64,000 bases of DNA, from the NCBI RefSeq assembly GCF_001194135.2, contig NC_068996.1:51724929-51788928 (forward strand), given 5' to 3'. The stretch's first letter is position 1. Each line of letters opens with the position of its first letter. A model generated the notes under the pieces. It ran no database searches. It had not been told where the DNA came from and was given only the letters and a program-made list of their open reading frames with translations. Made by a program: the position numbers and the translations under genes. Of this stretch, positions 51,801 to 62,152 are shown piece by piece. This DNA is from Octopus bimaculoides (taxonomy: Eukaryota).

Positions 51801-54443
51801 ACTCATATATATATATACACACACACATAAATATATTTTAAAAGTAGAAAGAAAAAAAATTAAACTTACTTTGCCAGAACTTTTTATTCCTTTCCATATA
51901 CAAAAATAAACCACAATCCATGCAAGCAATAAACACAAAGCCAGGTCCCATTTAATAGTTCCAGGATGTTCCACACCATCAGATATGTTCAGTACTTTGC
52001 GCCTAAAACAAGATCAATTATGAAAATCAAATGGACAAATAATTTTTTTTTAATCATTACTCAATCTTCTTTTCATCATTAGTAATGAATATGTTTTACC
52101 ATACACAATTACCTATAATAAATTTTATTTCTTTATTTCCTTCTAATAAGATAATAAAACAAAATTTAATATTTTGTCCAAAATAAATAAACACAAGGAC
52201 TTACTCCCAAAATTCTGTAATAGGATCCATTACTATTGGCCTCGTGTAATTTCTTAGTTGAGTAATGGGTCGTTCAATGTAATTAGTCGTTTCATTAAAC
52301 TGCAGCAAATTCATGTCATCTATCCCAAATGAACTGTTCAATGCATTTAAACTTGCGTTGCGGTAAAAGTCAATCTCAGTACAATTTTCTGAATTCCACT
52401 CATGGCCGCAGGAAGACCAAGGAAGGACAGATGTAAATGATGAGAACAGATAATAAAAGGACCATGTCAAAATGATGTTATAGTTACAGTCGAGGAAGAA
52501 CACAATCATAGAGCAAGCATAGCCGATTCCTGAAAATAAGATAATAAGAATTAATTTTGAGCTAATGAAATAATGGTCAAAAGTGTAAACATAGAAAATA
52601 CAAGAGAATTTATTTTCACATTTAAGTGGAAATGAAGCAAAACACACAAGCAGACAATATATATAATGATGATGATATATACCTTGAAATAATGGACAAA
52701 TTTTCCACGCTCCAACACCACCTTCAGACATAAATTGTCCCAGAGATACTTCCAGGAAAAAAACTGGAACACCACCCAGTATCACAGCCAACAAGTAGGG
52801 AATAAGAAAAGCACCTACAACAAATATCAAATTATGGTCAAAACATATTTAAAAGTGATTTCCTCTCACATAAAATAAATTTCAGGCATCAAGGTATTTT
52901 TGGTGTTCAATAAATCTTAACATTACAAACTTTTCAACAACCACAATCCTGAACATCATTAACTACATTATGTACCAGTGTCATCTTCCATTAACTCCAG
53001 ATATGATAGGGTTACTTATGAGAAACTAATAAATATTTACAGCCTATTTGAATAAGGGTTATATTTTAAGGAATCTATACTTTCTGATGTGTGTGTTAAC
53101 ATTTTCTGTTTGGAATAACATTCTATTCTATTCTAGCTTGACCAACTCATTAGAGTGTTTGCAAAGTTTTGAGTATCTTATTTGTTAATTCTGTATTAAT
53201 TGTCATTATAGGAACATCCACACATTACAGAAGTGATGGGTTCCTGAAAATCTAACATGAAATCTATTTTTCCAGTTGATTTCCATCAAACAAAGAAGTC
53301 CACAGAAAGTTTCACATAGAAAAATTTCATGTTACAACATCTTTAGGAGTACATCTCTTCCATAGAATGAGAGATTCCTGTATTTTTAAGCCACACAAAT
53401 GTAGATCTCTGGATGGCATCACCTAGTTTCTTATTTCTTTACTGCCCACAAGGGGCTACTCACAGAGGGGACAAGTCGATTATATTGACCCCCAGTGCGT
53501 AACTGGTACTTATTTAATCGACCCCGAAAAGATGAAAGGCAAAGTCAACCTCGGCGGAATTTGAACTTAGAACGTAGCAGCAGACGAAACACCGCTAAGC
53601 ATTTCGGCCAGCGTGCTAACGTTTCTGCCAGCTCACCGCCTTAGCTAATTTCTATTAGATATAAACAATAAATAGGCTTTTTGAACAACAGATTATGATA
53701 TTCAAAGGATTCATGACAGCATTTGGTTCTGATTTTTAAAAATAATACATTCGTACAGTAATTAAAAAAGATTTAATGTTTTAAGTTTAAAAATACAAGA
53801 AAACAGTGAGATAATCTAAAGTGGAAAAAAGTATTGCAATAATGACAATTTCTTTTTTTTACTACTATGTGAATAATTTGAAAACATTATTACATGTTTT
53901 GTGTGTAATTAACAGATAACTTGATTGGACAAATAGAGCAGAGAGTGTTATAAATATCCAGTAAATAAACTGAGCCTTGCTTAAGAAATGAAAATAGAAT
54001 TGACTGCATTAAGTAGTGTAGATGGGTAAAGCAAGTAGAGTGGAATGTATTGCCTAAGGATCTTATAGCTAAGTTGACTAAAGTAAATGGAGTAGTGTAG
54101 TATTTCTTCAGTTTTTCAAGGGAGGCAAAAAAAAAAACAGAAGAAAAAAGAAAATTCGAGTGAGTTATTTTTTCATAGAAAATCTGAGAAAATATTATGA
54201 ATACTCACCCCCACCATTTTTGTAACAAAGAAAAGGAAAACGCCAAACGTTGCCTAAACCAACAGAGAAACCAATACAAGCGAGAAGAAAATCAAGTTTT
54301 CTTCCCCATGTTTCCCTCTTCTTGATTTTCGATCCTGACTCATCACTGATTGTTATACTGGAGTCATCTGTTGATGATGAACCATTGCTTACTGCTGACA
54401 TTGTCACAGTAGGCACATCTGTAAATTCAGTTGTCAGAGTCAT
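17169..54443 (-). CDS. SLC6: SLC6 family Na+/Cl- dependent transporter (GABA/taurine/creatine branch; molluscan taurine-transporter/CT1-like), 13 coding exons, 679 aa
   Basis: Exons assembled by hand with GT-AG junctions and matching phases: 235+132+325+133+135+104+125+113+138+100+101+180+219 = 2040 nt. SLC6 signatures present: [15 protein letters not shown]2 Cys pair, GTQIFFS, GPGLAF, GLDSQF. Gly in GLGN indicates an amino-acid-type (not monoamine) substrate. Cl- site residues are retained (IPY, Q/S in TM6, N/S in TM7). Exact ortholog not assignable without a tree. Confidence 0.96.
17790..18420 (-). repeat. Dispersed RTE-tail-bearing repeat (SINE-like) with internal duplications, intron 12
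   Basis: (CAT)n tail followed by gtccatgctggcatgg...ggatgcccttcttaatgccaacc. Same family at 18950-19233(+), 30480-30710, 33780-34025, 47740-48060, 60110-60380. Confidence 0.75.
18950..19233 (+). repeat. Same repeat family, opposite orientation, intron 12
   Basis: gagacctttggtgatttgctgtgcttgagaagac...cattaggaaaggcatcc...(GAT)n tail. Ends about 40 nt from the exon 12 donor. Confidence 0.75.
19275..19454 (-). CDS. SLC6: SLC6 coding exon 12 (TM11-TM12)
   Basis: [60 protein letters not shown]. Acceptor gttttag, donor ACA|gtaagt, 180 nt. Confidence 0.95.
21093..21523 (-). mobile_element. tRNA-derived SINE (OR-like), intron 11
   Basis: Head GAGGCGCAATGGCCCAGCGGTTAGGGC...GTTTCGATTC, (AAC)n tail, TSD-like flanks acaa(g/a)tggtagt. 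Confidence 0.85.
22161..22261 (-). CDS. SLC6: SLC6 coding exon 11
   Basis: [34 protein letters not shown]. Acceptor ctttcag, donor CTG|gtaaat, 101 nt. Confidence 0.95.
24873..24972 (-). CDS. SLC6: SLC6 coding exon 10 (TM10)
   Basis: [33 protein letters not shown]. Acceptor tttcgtag, donor G|gtatgt, 100 nt. Follows the 18,829-nt intron 9. Confidence 0.93.
25229..25850. other. Assembly gap (622 N)
   Basis: N run flanked by (TA)n. Smaller 10-N gaps at 30813-30822 and 35698-35707. Confidence 1.
32133..32393 (+). mobile_element. tRNA-derived SINE with CORE-like segment
   Basis: GGTGCGTGGCTCAGTGGTTAG A-box head, ttgagcaaaacactt...ctccagtccactcagctg core, (TTA)n tail. Confidence 0.7.
35322..35510 (+). 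mobile_element. Short tRNA-derived SINE family copy
   Basis: gagctggcagaa...ctgagttcaaattc...tttgcctttca pattern. Other copies at 39648-39862(+), 53420-53643(-), 60738-60955(-). Confidence 0.7.
36617..36985 (+). mobile_element. tRNA-derived SINE (OR-like), intron 9
   Basis: About 90% similar by eye to the reverse complement of 21093-21523. 12-bp duplication TATCGTTTCATC on both flanks, (AAC)n tail. Confidence 0.88.
37335..37620 (+). mobile_element. RTE LINE 3' fragment
   Basis: Similar to 6480-6800 (ggttggaaaaagtt...aagggcagactatacaatgcttgtgt). Confidence 0.65.
39476..39603. repeat. Long inverted repeat (hairpin), intron 9
   Basis: 39-bp arms with 3 transitions, extendable to a 46-bp stem with a 36-nt loop. 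Confidence 0.9.
43802..43939 (-). CDS. SLC6: SLC6 coding exon 9 (TM8-TM9)
   Basis: [46 protein letters not shown]. Acceptor attccag, donor AAT|gtaagt, 138 nt. Confidence 0.95.
44877..45133 (+). mobile_element. mariner 3' fragment
   Basis: [19 protein letters not shown]...DYVE* followed by TIR-like cattactttcagacaatcctcaTA. Confidence 0.6.
46461..46573 (-). CDS. SLC6: SLC6 coding exon 8 (EL4, TM8)
   Basis: [38 protein letters not shown]. Acceptor tttttaag, donor CAG|gtgaga, 113 nt. Confidence 0.95.
46763..46887 (-). CDS. SLC6: SLC6 coding exon 7 (TM7)
   Basis: [42 protein letters not shown]. Acceptor cattcag, donor G|gtaaga, 125 nt. Confidence 0.95.
47589..47720 (+). mobile_element. pogo/Tigger-like terminal fragment
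   Basis: TA|CAGTAATCCCTCACTACATCG start with three subterminal repeats of about 31 bp. Confidence 0.5.
48321..49528 (+). mobile_element. mariner (DD34D-type) transposon, full-length but decayed, intron 6
   Basis: TIRs TTGGGTCATTCCATAAATAATGTG / CACATTATTTATGGAACGACCCAA, TA on both sides. MEATKEHI...TGDEKW...HQDN...SPDIALSDY, with stops and frameshifts. Confidence 0.92.
49990..50093 (-). CDS. SLC6: SLC6 coding exon 6 (TM6)
   Basis: [34 protein letters not shown]. Acceptor ttttcag, donor AA|gtaagt, 104 nt. Confidence 0.95.
50216..50350 (-). CDS. SLC6: SLC6 coding exon 5 (TM5)
   Basis: [45 protein letters not shown]. Acceptor ctttcag, donor CAG|gtaaat, 135 nt. Absent from the ORF track. Confidence 0.95.
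50665..51806 (-). mobile_element. maT/Tc1-mariner (DD37D) transposon, decayed, intron 4
   Basis: [15 protein letters not shown] region; WHQD(37 aa)DYYAWG; stop after DGNFIQ; imperfect termini embedded in TA/TG tracts. Confidence 0.85.
51870..52002 (-). CDS. SLC6: SLC6 coding exon 4 (TM4)
   Basis: [45 protein letters not shown]. Acceptor gttttag, donor AAA|gtaagt, 133 nt. Confidence 0.95.
52205..52529 (-). CDS. SLC6: SLC6 coding exon 3 (TM3, EL2)
   Basis: [32 protein letters not shown]...[15 protein letters not shown]...DPITEFW. Acceptor ttttcag, donor GA|gtaagt, 325 nt. Confidence 0.95.
52683..52814 (-). CDS. SLC6: SLC6 coding exon 2 (TM2)
   Basis: [44 protein letters not shown]. Acceptor ttgtag, donor G|gtatat, 132 nt, phase 1-1. 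Confidence 0.95.
54209..54443 (-). CDS. SLC6: SLC6 coding exon 1 (N-terminus, TM1)
   Basis: MTLTTEF...[36 protein letters not shown]. Donor G|gtgagt at 54208. Acceptor tttttacag at 54459 gives 15 nt upstream of the ATG (exon starts 54458), so a further upstream exon exists. Confidence 0.95.
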
Positions 54444-55518
54444 TTCAATTGATGTAATCTGTAAAAAGAAACAATGTCAATGAGTTTAAATAATTAACAA
54501 TAATGAATCATGAACGACTAAGTTTTATTTCACATCATTTCTACTTGAACAAAAAAACAAAAAAACAAAAAAAAAAAGATGGGGGTTATATGATCACAAT
54601 GACCATCATTTCCTTTTCAGAGGCATAATGTAACTCATTTTTCCTTCAGTATGGTGTGATTTAAGAGAGGTTAGATTGCTGTTACTAGCAGGCTGAACAA
54701 CCACACACAGACTCTCTCTGGTCATATTGTATGTGACTTATTTATACATAACTACAATGTTTGTACTATTGTTGTACATCCGTTTTCCATGCAGGCATGA
54801 GTTGGTAGCATTGTCATGCTCAGAGTCGTCCCTATTCAGCCTTACAATCTTCTAAAATGAGTTTGGGCGACTAAATCTTAGTTATGGCATAATTTCTGTA
54901 GTTGGAAGCCATTTACCAACCACTTTACAACTAGGTGCATTCTATCAGAGTACTTGGCCCCAGTGAGGTTACTCTGTACCTTGAATGACTGAAGAACTTC
55001 AATTACTTTAAGTGGGAGAATGAAAGAGAGTGTGATAACAGAAACTGAGTTAAGGTGGAATGGTGAGAGAAGCTGAAGTAAGAAGCAGAGAGAGAGAGAG
55101 AGAGAGAAAGAGTAGTGTGAGGAGTAAGGGAAGAGGAAAAGCAATGTCTAAAGTCAGTGAAAGCAACTACTTTGGTGTCAAGAAGGTGAATGCTTCTTGG
55201 GCAGTCATAGATCCCATGTTTTAAAAGACAGTGTGACGAGGGAGAAAGAGAAGAGAGGAGAATGGCAGAGTGATAAGGATAGTATGTGGGTGGGTGAGTG
55301 GTCATGAATAAGGAGGGATCCAGTACTATCCATGTTAAGAGTCGTATACTACAGTGAATAAAAAGATAGTGCCAGGGGCAGTGAAGGGTAAGGTGTTCTA
55401 AAGGTAGAAAGTCATCAACACATCTGTTTTCCATGCTGGCATAGGTCGGACGGTTTGACAGACGCTGTCCAGACAAATACATATACACACAAACATATAT
55501 GTGCATGCATGCGTGTGT

Positions 55519-55550
<32 letters not shown>

Positions 55551-57212
55551 GATGGGCTTCCATGTACCAAATCCATTCACTAGGCTTTGATCAGCCCAGG
55601 GCTATAGTAGAAGACCCTGCCCAAGAGTCCATGCAGTGGGACTGAACCTGGAACCATGTGGTTGGGAAGCAAACTTCTTACAACACAGCCACGCCTATAC
55701 CTATCTACTTCAGTCTTTCCAGGCTTCAGAGTTTCTCTGGATTGAAGGACCATGTCTTTGCTATGCTGCAGTGTTAAATTTTTATATACAGCCATCATCA
55801 TACAATTAATTGGCCCTTGATTCTGAGAAAGAAACCCTTTGTTGCCAGAAATAGTTTTCCCCGAACTTACTCCATCCCATTCTTACTCAGGCTCTCTTTC
55901 ATTACATCTACTGCCATCGCTAATTAGGTCAACCAGTTAACAGAACCTATCAACTACTTCTAGGGAGTCATCCTGACATTAACGAGTATCTGTTACATGA
56001 GTGTTCTTAATGCACCTTGGACATCTGCCACATATGAATTCTAACTTTTCCATTAGCCTACATGTCACCCACTGTAGCTCTTCTATATCTACATTGGTTC
56101 AGCCATATAGAATTTCTTTCTATCCTTTTCTGCATATCAAGCATGACCTTTCTAACATATGCATATTACACACATGCACGCACACACACAGACACACATA
56201 CATTCAATGCATACACACAAATAAACATATAAGGCAAAGTGCTGCAGCTATTTTGGTTCCATTACTTTCAAGGGCTTCGGCTGACTGTATCAACATCAAA
56301 ACTCAGTCTGGTATATATTTCGTTAATCTCCTTGAGACGTAACTAAGATGGAGCTAAATACTACAGCATATTTTTGTTCTACACATTGAATTTTTTAGGC
56401 CATCCCATGTACCTTAAGGATTTCCACAGATTTTTCTCTTGACAAAATTTCATTTTTGAGATCCTGAAGCCACATGGGGAAAAGATATAAGCAGCACAGC
56501 AATTTTGGTGCTAATTCACAGAACAACCGAACAAGGTAATATTTCTCTAATGGAAGACTGGAAATGAAGAACATAGGCTCTTCTATGATGATGAGGATGA
56601 TGATGATGCTCATTTACAGCAACCACATGGTGTCAAGACAAAGATACACACACACATATTACATATATATATATATATATACATACACATATGTATATAT
56701 TAAAAGAAATGCAGAATACGTTTGACATATTTTATGCCTATATATACATATGTGTATATATCATCATTATTTAATGTCTACTTTTCTTGCTTTACATGAG
56801 GTCAGGCACAATTTGCTGGGACAGATATTCTATGGCCAGATGTCCTTCCTGTTACCAAACCTTACCAGATTTCAAGCAAAGTAATATTTTCCCATGGCCA
56901 GACATGCTTTTCATGGAAGACCAAAAACGAACCACATCGCTTGTATAACAATGTTGCTTGTTTACAACCATCACACGATGTTGAAATAAGGCTATACACA
57001 TGCACGCATACACACAAACACACACACATATACACCTGAAATGTAACCGCACATGGATTGTTGGGGATTTTCCCTCTTTCCGACGAAGAGCAATGCTTGA
57101 AACATTAACAACTCTCTCCTCTCACTGAGCATCAAATTAATATATTTCTTGTACACATCCTCACGCTTGTTTTTTTCTCCCCCAGCCCATTTTCTAATTG
57201 TTTGTTCTTTGA

Positions 57213-57255
<43 letters not shown>

Positions 57256-57479
57256 TACACAGTCATGGCCTTGAGCAAAGATGATACACAATTTTGTGAA
57301 GCATTCCATAATTTTCAGTCCAACCCATACCAGCATAGAATATAGGCATTTAATGATGATCACACACACACACACACAACACTCATGCATGCGCACACAC
57401 ATTCCACTTTCATCCGACTATAATTTAATCATTTAAAAATATATAAATGCATATGCCTGTTGACTAAGCAAGGTATTAG

Positions 57480-57880
57480 TCATGGAAATGAAGCAGTCAG
57501 TGAAGTGGGGGGATGGATAAGGAGGCTGTAGGAGAAAATATAAAGAGACAGGGGGGGGGTCATAAAAGAAGCGATTGTTTAATGCAGTGTAATAGTAGGA
57601 AGGGCAAAGAAAGGTGATAGGAGACGGGGAAGAAGTAGAGAAGCAGAAAGATGGATGGGAGAAAAAAGGAGGAAATCTGAAATGAAAGGAAAGAGGAAAG
57701 AAGAGAGAGAGTGAAAAAGAGAAAGAGAAATAGACGGAAAAAGAAGAGGAAGTTTGAAATGAAAGAAGAAAGAATAGAGAAAAGAGAGGGAGAGAATAGA
57801 TTAAAGATATAGATGGGCGGTGGTGGGGGGCAAGGAAAGGTAGGACAGAACAAGGGGGTGGGAAGGACATATTGAGCAAG
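57480..57880 (+). repeat. GA-rich low-complexity tract
   Basis: Purine-rich run; explains the Phe/Ser/Leu ORFs on the minus strand. Confidence 0.85.
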
Positions 57881-58220
57881 AGACCAAGATGAGAGTATAT
57901 TTATCTTTCATTTTTTTTTTTACTTGACTTGACACCAGTAGTTATTTTTTAAGCCTGGTATTCATTCTATTGGGTCTCTTGCTGAATTGCTAAGTTAGAG
58001 GGACATAAGCAAACCAACAGCAGTTGTTTAGCAGTGGTGGTGACAAACACAAAGAGACGCACACACACAGGAAAGAGGTGCAGAAGCACTGAGTGACTTA
58101 AGGGCTGAGAGCTTTGTGTTTGGTGATAAGTGCCAACATGAGTCACTCAGTTGCTGCTGTTGAATATTAATATCAATATTAATACACACACACACACACA
58201 CACACGTTTATCTATATACA

Positions 58221-58536
58221 CTAGCAGACATACCCGGCATTGTCCGGGATTAAAATGGCATAGTTTTTTATTCTTTTGTTTCAGTCATGTGACTGCGGCC
58301 ATGCTGGAGCACCGCCTTTAGTCGAACAATTGACCCCAGGATCTATTTTTTGTAAGCCTGGTACTTATTCTATCGGTGTCTCTTGCCAAATCGCTAAGTT
58401 ACAGGGACGTAAACACAGCAACATTGGTTGCCAAGTGATGGTGGGGGTACAAATACAAACAAATATACACACGAGTCTCAGTTTCCATGTACGAAATCCA
58501 CTTATAAGGGTTTAGCTGGCCTGAGACTATAGTGTG

Positions 58537-58596
<60 letters not shown>

Positions 58597-58674
58597 CACA
58601 CACACACACGTACATATATGTACCTTGTTGTGATTACAGACAGAGAGACAAAGAATTTTATATATATATATAGA
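58221..58674 (-). mobile_element. Non-autonomous Helitron with nested SINE (related segment extends to about 59078)
   Basis: Minus strand 5' A|TCTATATATATATATAAAA at 58674; 3' CCCGG-ACAATG-CCGGG hairpin then CTAG|T at 58221. OK-like SINE at 58270-58545. Confidence 0.65.
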
Positions 58675-61600
58675 TTAAGCACGTATTAAATGTTAATTTA
58701 AGGGTTAATATGTAACTGTAAATACCTTGCACCGTTGCAACTGTTATGATAATTATTAACTGCTAATTGAATAACAAATGTGTAAAATAAGATGGTCTTA
58801 GTGTTATCATATTAGAATAAAAACAAAACTATTAAAAGTGAAATAATAAAAGCGAAACAATATTATATCACATTACAATAAAGATGTTATTGTTTCACTT
58901 TTGACACATAATAACGAAACAGTCTAAGAGACTGTTCCAGGGCTCGCATTAGGCAAAAAGTTGAAAATTTTTTGGTCCATGACACTCTATGGTCTCTAAG
59001 TAATGCACGTGTAAAATCTGAATGAAATCGGTCGGGTAGTTCTCGAGTTTTAGTGATGCACACATACACGTTTAGATCTTTTGCCCAATAACTCCTTGTC
59101 AAGTCTAACTCCCCCTCCCTGTCTTTCTTACTCTCTTAACTCCCTATCACTTATCTCTCTTACACTCAACTCTTCATCAATCATTTTCCCACAACAATCT
59201 CTCTCTGATGTTATTCTGACAGTATAACCAAAGAAGGCAGTACCCAATACACTCTATCATCAGCTTGTTGTAATTGAGCCACTTGCAACTGACATCCTTC
59301 AACAACTTGTGCCATTATCCATTTCCAAGTCTATTGCTATTCCTCATTCTCCCTTCCCATTTACACCCTCTTACATCTCCCACTGTTTCCACTTTCACAC
59401 CCTTGCAACCTTCACTCATCCACCCTGATTCTTCTGTCATTGCTCTTTCTTCTCGACACCTTCTCACTCATATCATCTTGAGCAAAGGAGACTTTTATGC
59501 CACGATAAAATGCACCCAATACATATTCAGTAAAGTGGTTGGCGATGGAAGGGGGGAGGGTCCATAGAAACCATTTTAAAGATAAAATGATGGTAAGACA
59601 AAAGCTACAGATTAGAGATGACTTAAAATGACACAAGTTCAATCCATTGAGGTAGACATAATGATAATGATGATGTGTGTAGTATCAATACACAAACACA
59701 CAGGCATTCCATTGGTTACAATGACAAGTGTTTCAGTTGATTTAATCATCAGAACAGCCGGCTCGTGAAATTAACATGCAAGTGGCTGAGCACTCCACAG
59801 ACACACAACATACCCTGAAATACAGGTATTACACATTTTCGCCAGGTGAGTGGAGTGATTTGCTCAAGGACACAACATACTGCCGGATATCAAACGCACA
59901 ACCTTATGGTTACGAGTCAAATACATGTCCACTTAGCCATGCACCTTCACTACTGAATATATACATATGTGCACACACACGTTTTGTCAGCCACAGTCTA
60001 GATCTGTGCCTCAGAGAGAAACTAAGTGCAGATCTATATTTGCATTCCTATAACACAGAGGTCCTCAAAGTAATTAGTGTAAGGCAGGTGGTATATAGCT
60101 GTAGAAACCATCATCATCATCATCGTATAACATTCGCTTTCCATGCTGGCATGGGTTGGACAGTTTGACTGGAACTGATAAGCCAGAGAGCCATACCAAG
60201 TTCCAGTCTGATTATGGCTTGGTTTCTACAGCTGGATGCCCTTCCTAACTCCAAACACTCCGAGAGTATAGTGGGTGCTTTTTACATGCAACCGGCACAG
60301 GAGCCAGTCAGGTGACACTGGTATTGACCACATCCGGATAGTGCTTTTTACATACCACTGGCAAGGGAGCCAGTCAGAGGGCTAAGAATAATATGTATGA
60401 GCAAGACATAGACCCACAGCATATTTTCAAGGGCAATAATTCTGAATAAGTGCTGACATTTGTCCAACCCATGCCAGCATGGAAAGTAGTGTGTGTGTGA
60501 GTATTCTTTCAATTGTTTTCAGTGCTTAGAGTGAGCCAGCTGGAACGTAACATTGATGGGTTGTAACTTGGTCAAACTGACTGTAAAAACTGCTAATTTG
60601 CAGGAATATAAACAAATCTACACCAGTTGCAAACCTAAGCATGTACACATACAAATACACCCTTGCTAGCATAGAAAGCGGATGTAAAATGATGATGATG
60701 TTACACACATATACACACAATTGATGAACTTCCACACAGTTTCTTATTTCTTTATTGCCCACAGGGAGCTAAACATAGAGGGGACAAACAAGGACAGACA
60801 AAGGGATTAGGTTGATTACATCGACCTCAGTGTGTAACTGGTACTTAATTTATCGACCCTGAAAGGAGGATGAAAGGCAAAGTCAACCTCGGCAGAATTC
60901 AGAACATAACGGCAAACAAAATATCGCTAAGCATTTCGGCCAGTTCACTGCCTTCCACACAGTTTCTGTCTACCAAAGTTCGCTCATAAGACACTGGTTG
61001 GCTTGGAAGTATGACGTATGACAGGAGACACTTGCCCAAGGTTCTGTGAGGTAGGATTGAACACAAAATTGGGTTGGGTTTTTGGACTTCTTAAATACAC
61101 CAAATGTTACCTAGAGGGCAATATAGCAGTGAAGAGTCACCAGAGTATATACATACATACATACATATGACCATGTATACACATACACACACATGATTAA
61201 TGTTTGTATTCAAGCACATACATACTTGTCTAAACAGATGACATTAGAAAGGTGAAGAGAATATAAAAGGCCCCATTCTCTTATGACACATTCTCTATGG
61301 AACACTAACTATAAATGTTTACTTATAAAAAAGAATCTATGAAATAAAATAAAACAACTACTTTGTCCTATTACCCTCAAAACATTCCTACCAGCATTAC
61401 ACTAACCTATCCAACATCATGTGTCATGTAAATATAATTGTTTTGACACATCGCCTCATTATGATGGAACATTTTTTGTTGTACAAAAATATTACAATTA
61501 AAAGGAAACTTGTTCTATTGACAAAATAAATGTTATCCTTATTGTTGGTTTTAACAAGAGCAGAAATATTTGTATTTGACTACAGGAATATATTATACGT

Positions 61601-61850
61601 TTGTTTGTGAACTGAAGATATACTTTTCTCAATTTTAAATAAATAAACTCCATGCTTCATGACAAAGAGCTGATAATAATAATTTGGGAAATAGCCCAGT
61701 GATACTGTCAGTATCATATTATCATAATGCACTTGCTCAAAGCTACAAAGATACTAGAATCTTCTTCAGAAACTGTTTCTGAGACATGCAAGATGTGCAC
61801 ACTGGGACTGCTGTGTACATTCTCAAAATGACTACTCTGAGGAGATAGCA

Positions 61851-62152
61851 TCTACTATAATAATACTCTTGTGTACATTTCTCTGTTACAACATATGAAT
61901 GAGAAAGTGAGAAAGGAAGGGGTGATAGATGAACAAGGAAGAAAGGGGTGATGGCAAACTTGGTAGTGGGATGATGGAAATTCTATGGGAGGGGGGGATC
62001 AAACAGCATTTCAACTCTGTGTGAGCATATGTGTGTGTATGTAAAAGGGAGTCGTGTGTGTGTGTGTGTGTGTGTGTGAATTATTATGTACTTCATTTAT
62101 ATATAAAATACTACAATTAGCCATACACTTTTGACGGTACGGGGCCAGCTAG
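61851..62152 (+). mobile_element. Non-autonomous Helitron (same family as 10578-10890)
   Basis: A|TCTACTATAATAA...GGCCAGCTAG|T. Shares ggggtgatagatgaa, cagc(a/g)tttcaact and tataaaatactacaatta blocks with the 10578 copy. Confidence 0.7.

Noticed and set aside
52201-52830. 209-aa ORF as a single coding exon
   Set aside because: It is exon 2 + intron 2 + exon 3; family alignment and GT-AG sites support splicing. The read-through is reported as a finding.
7799-60955. tRNA genes
   Set aside because: All A/B-box-like sequences are SINE heads or the PBS; none folds into a full cloverleaf.
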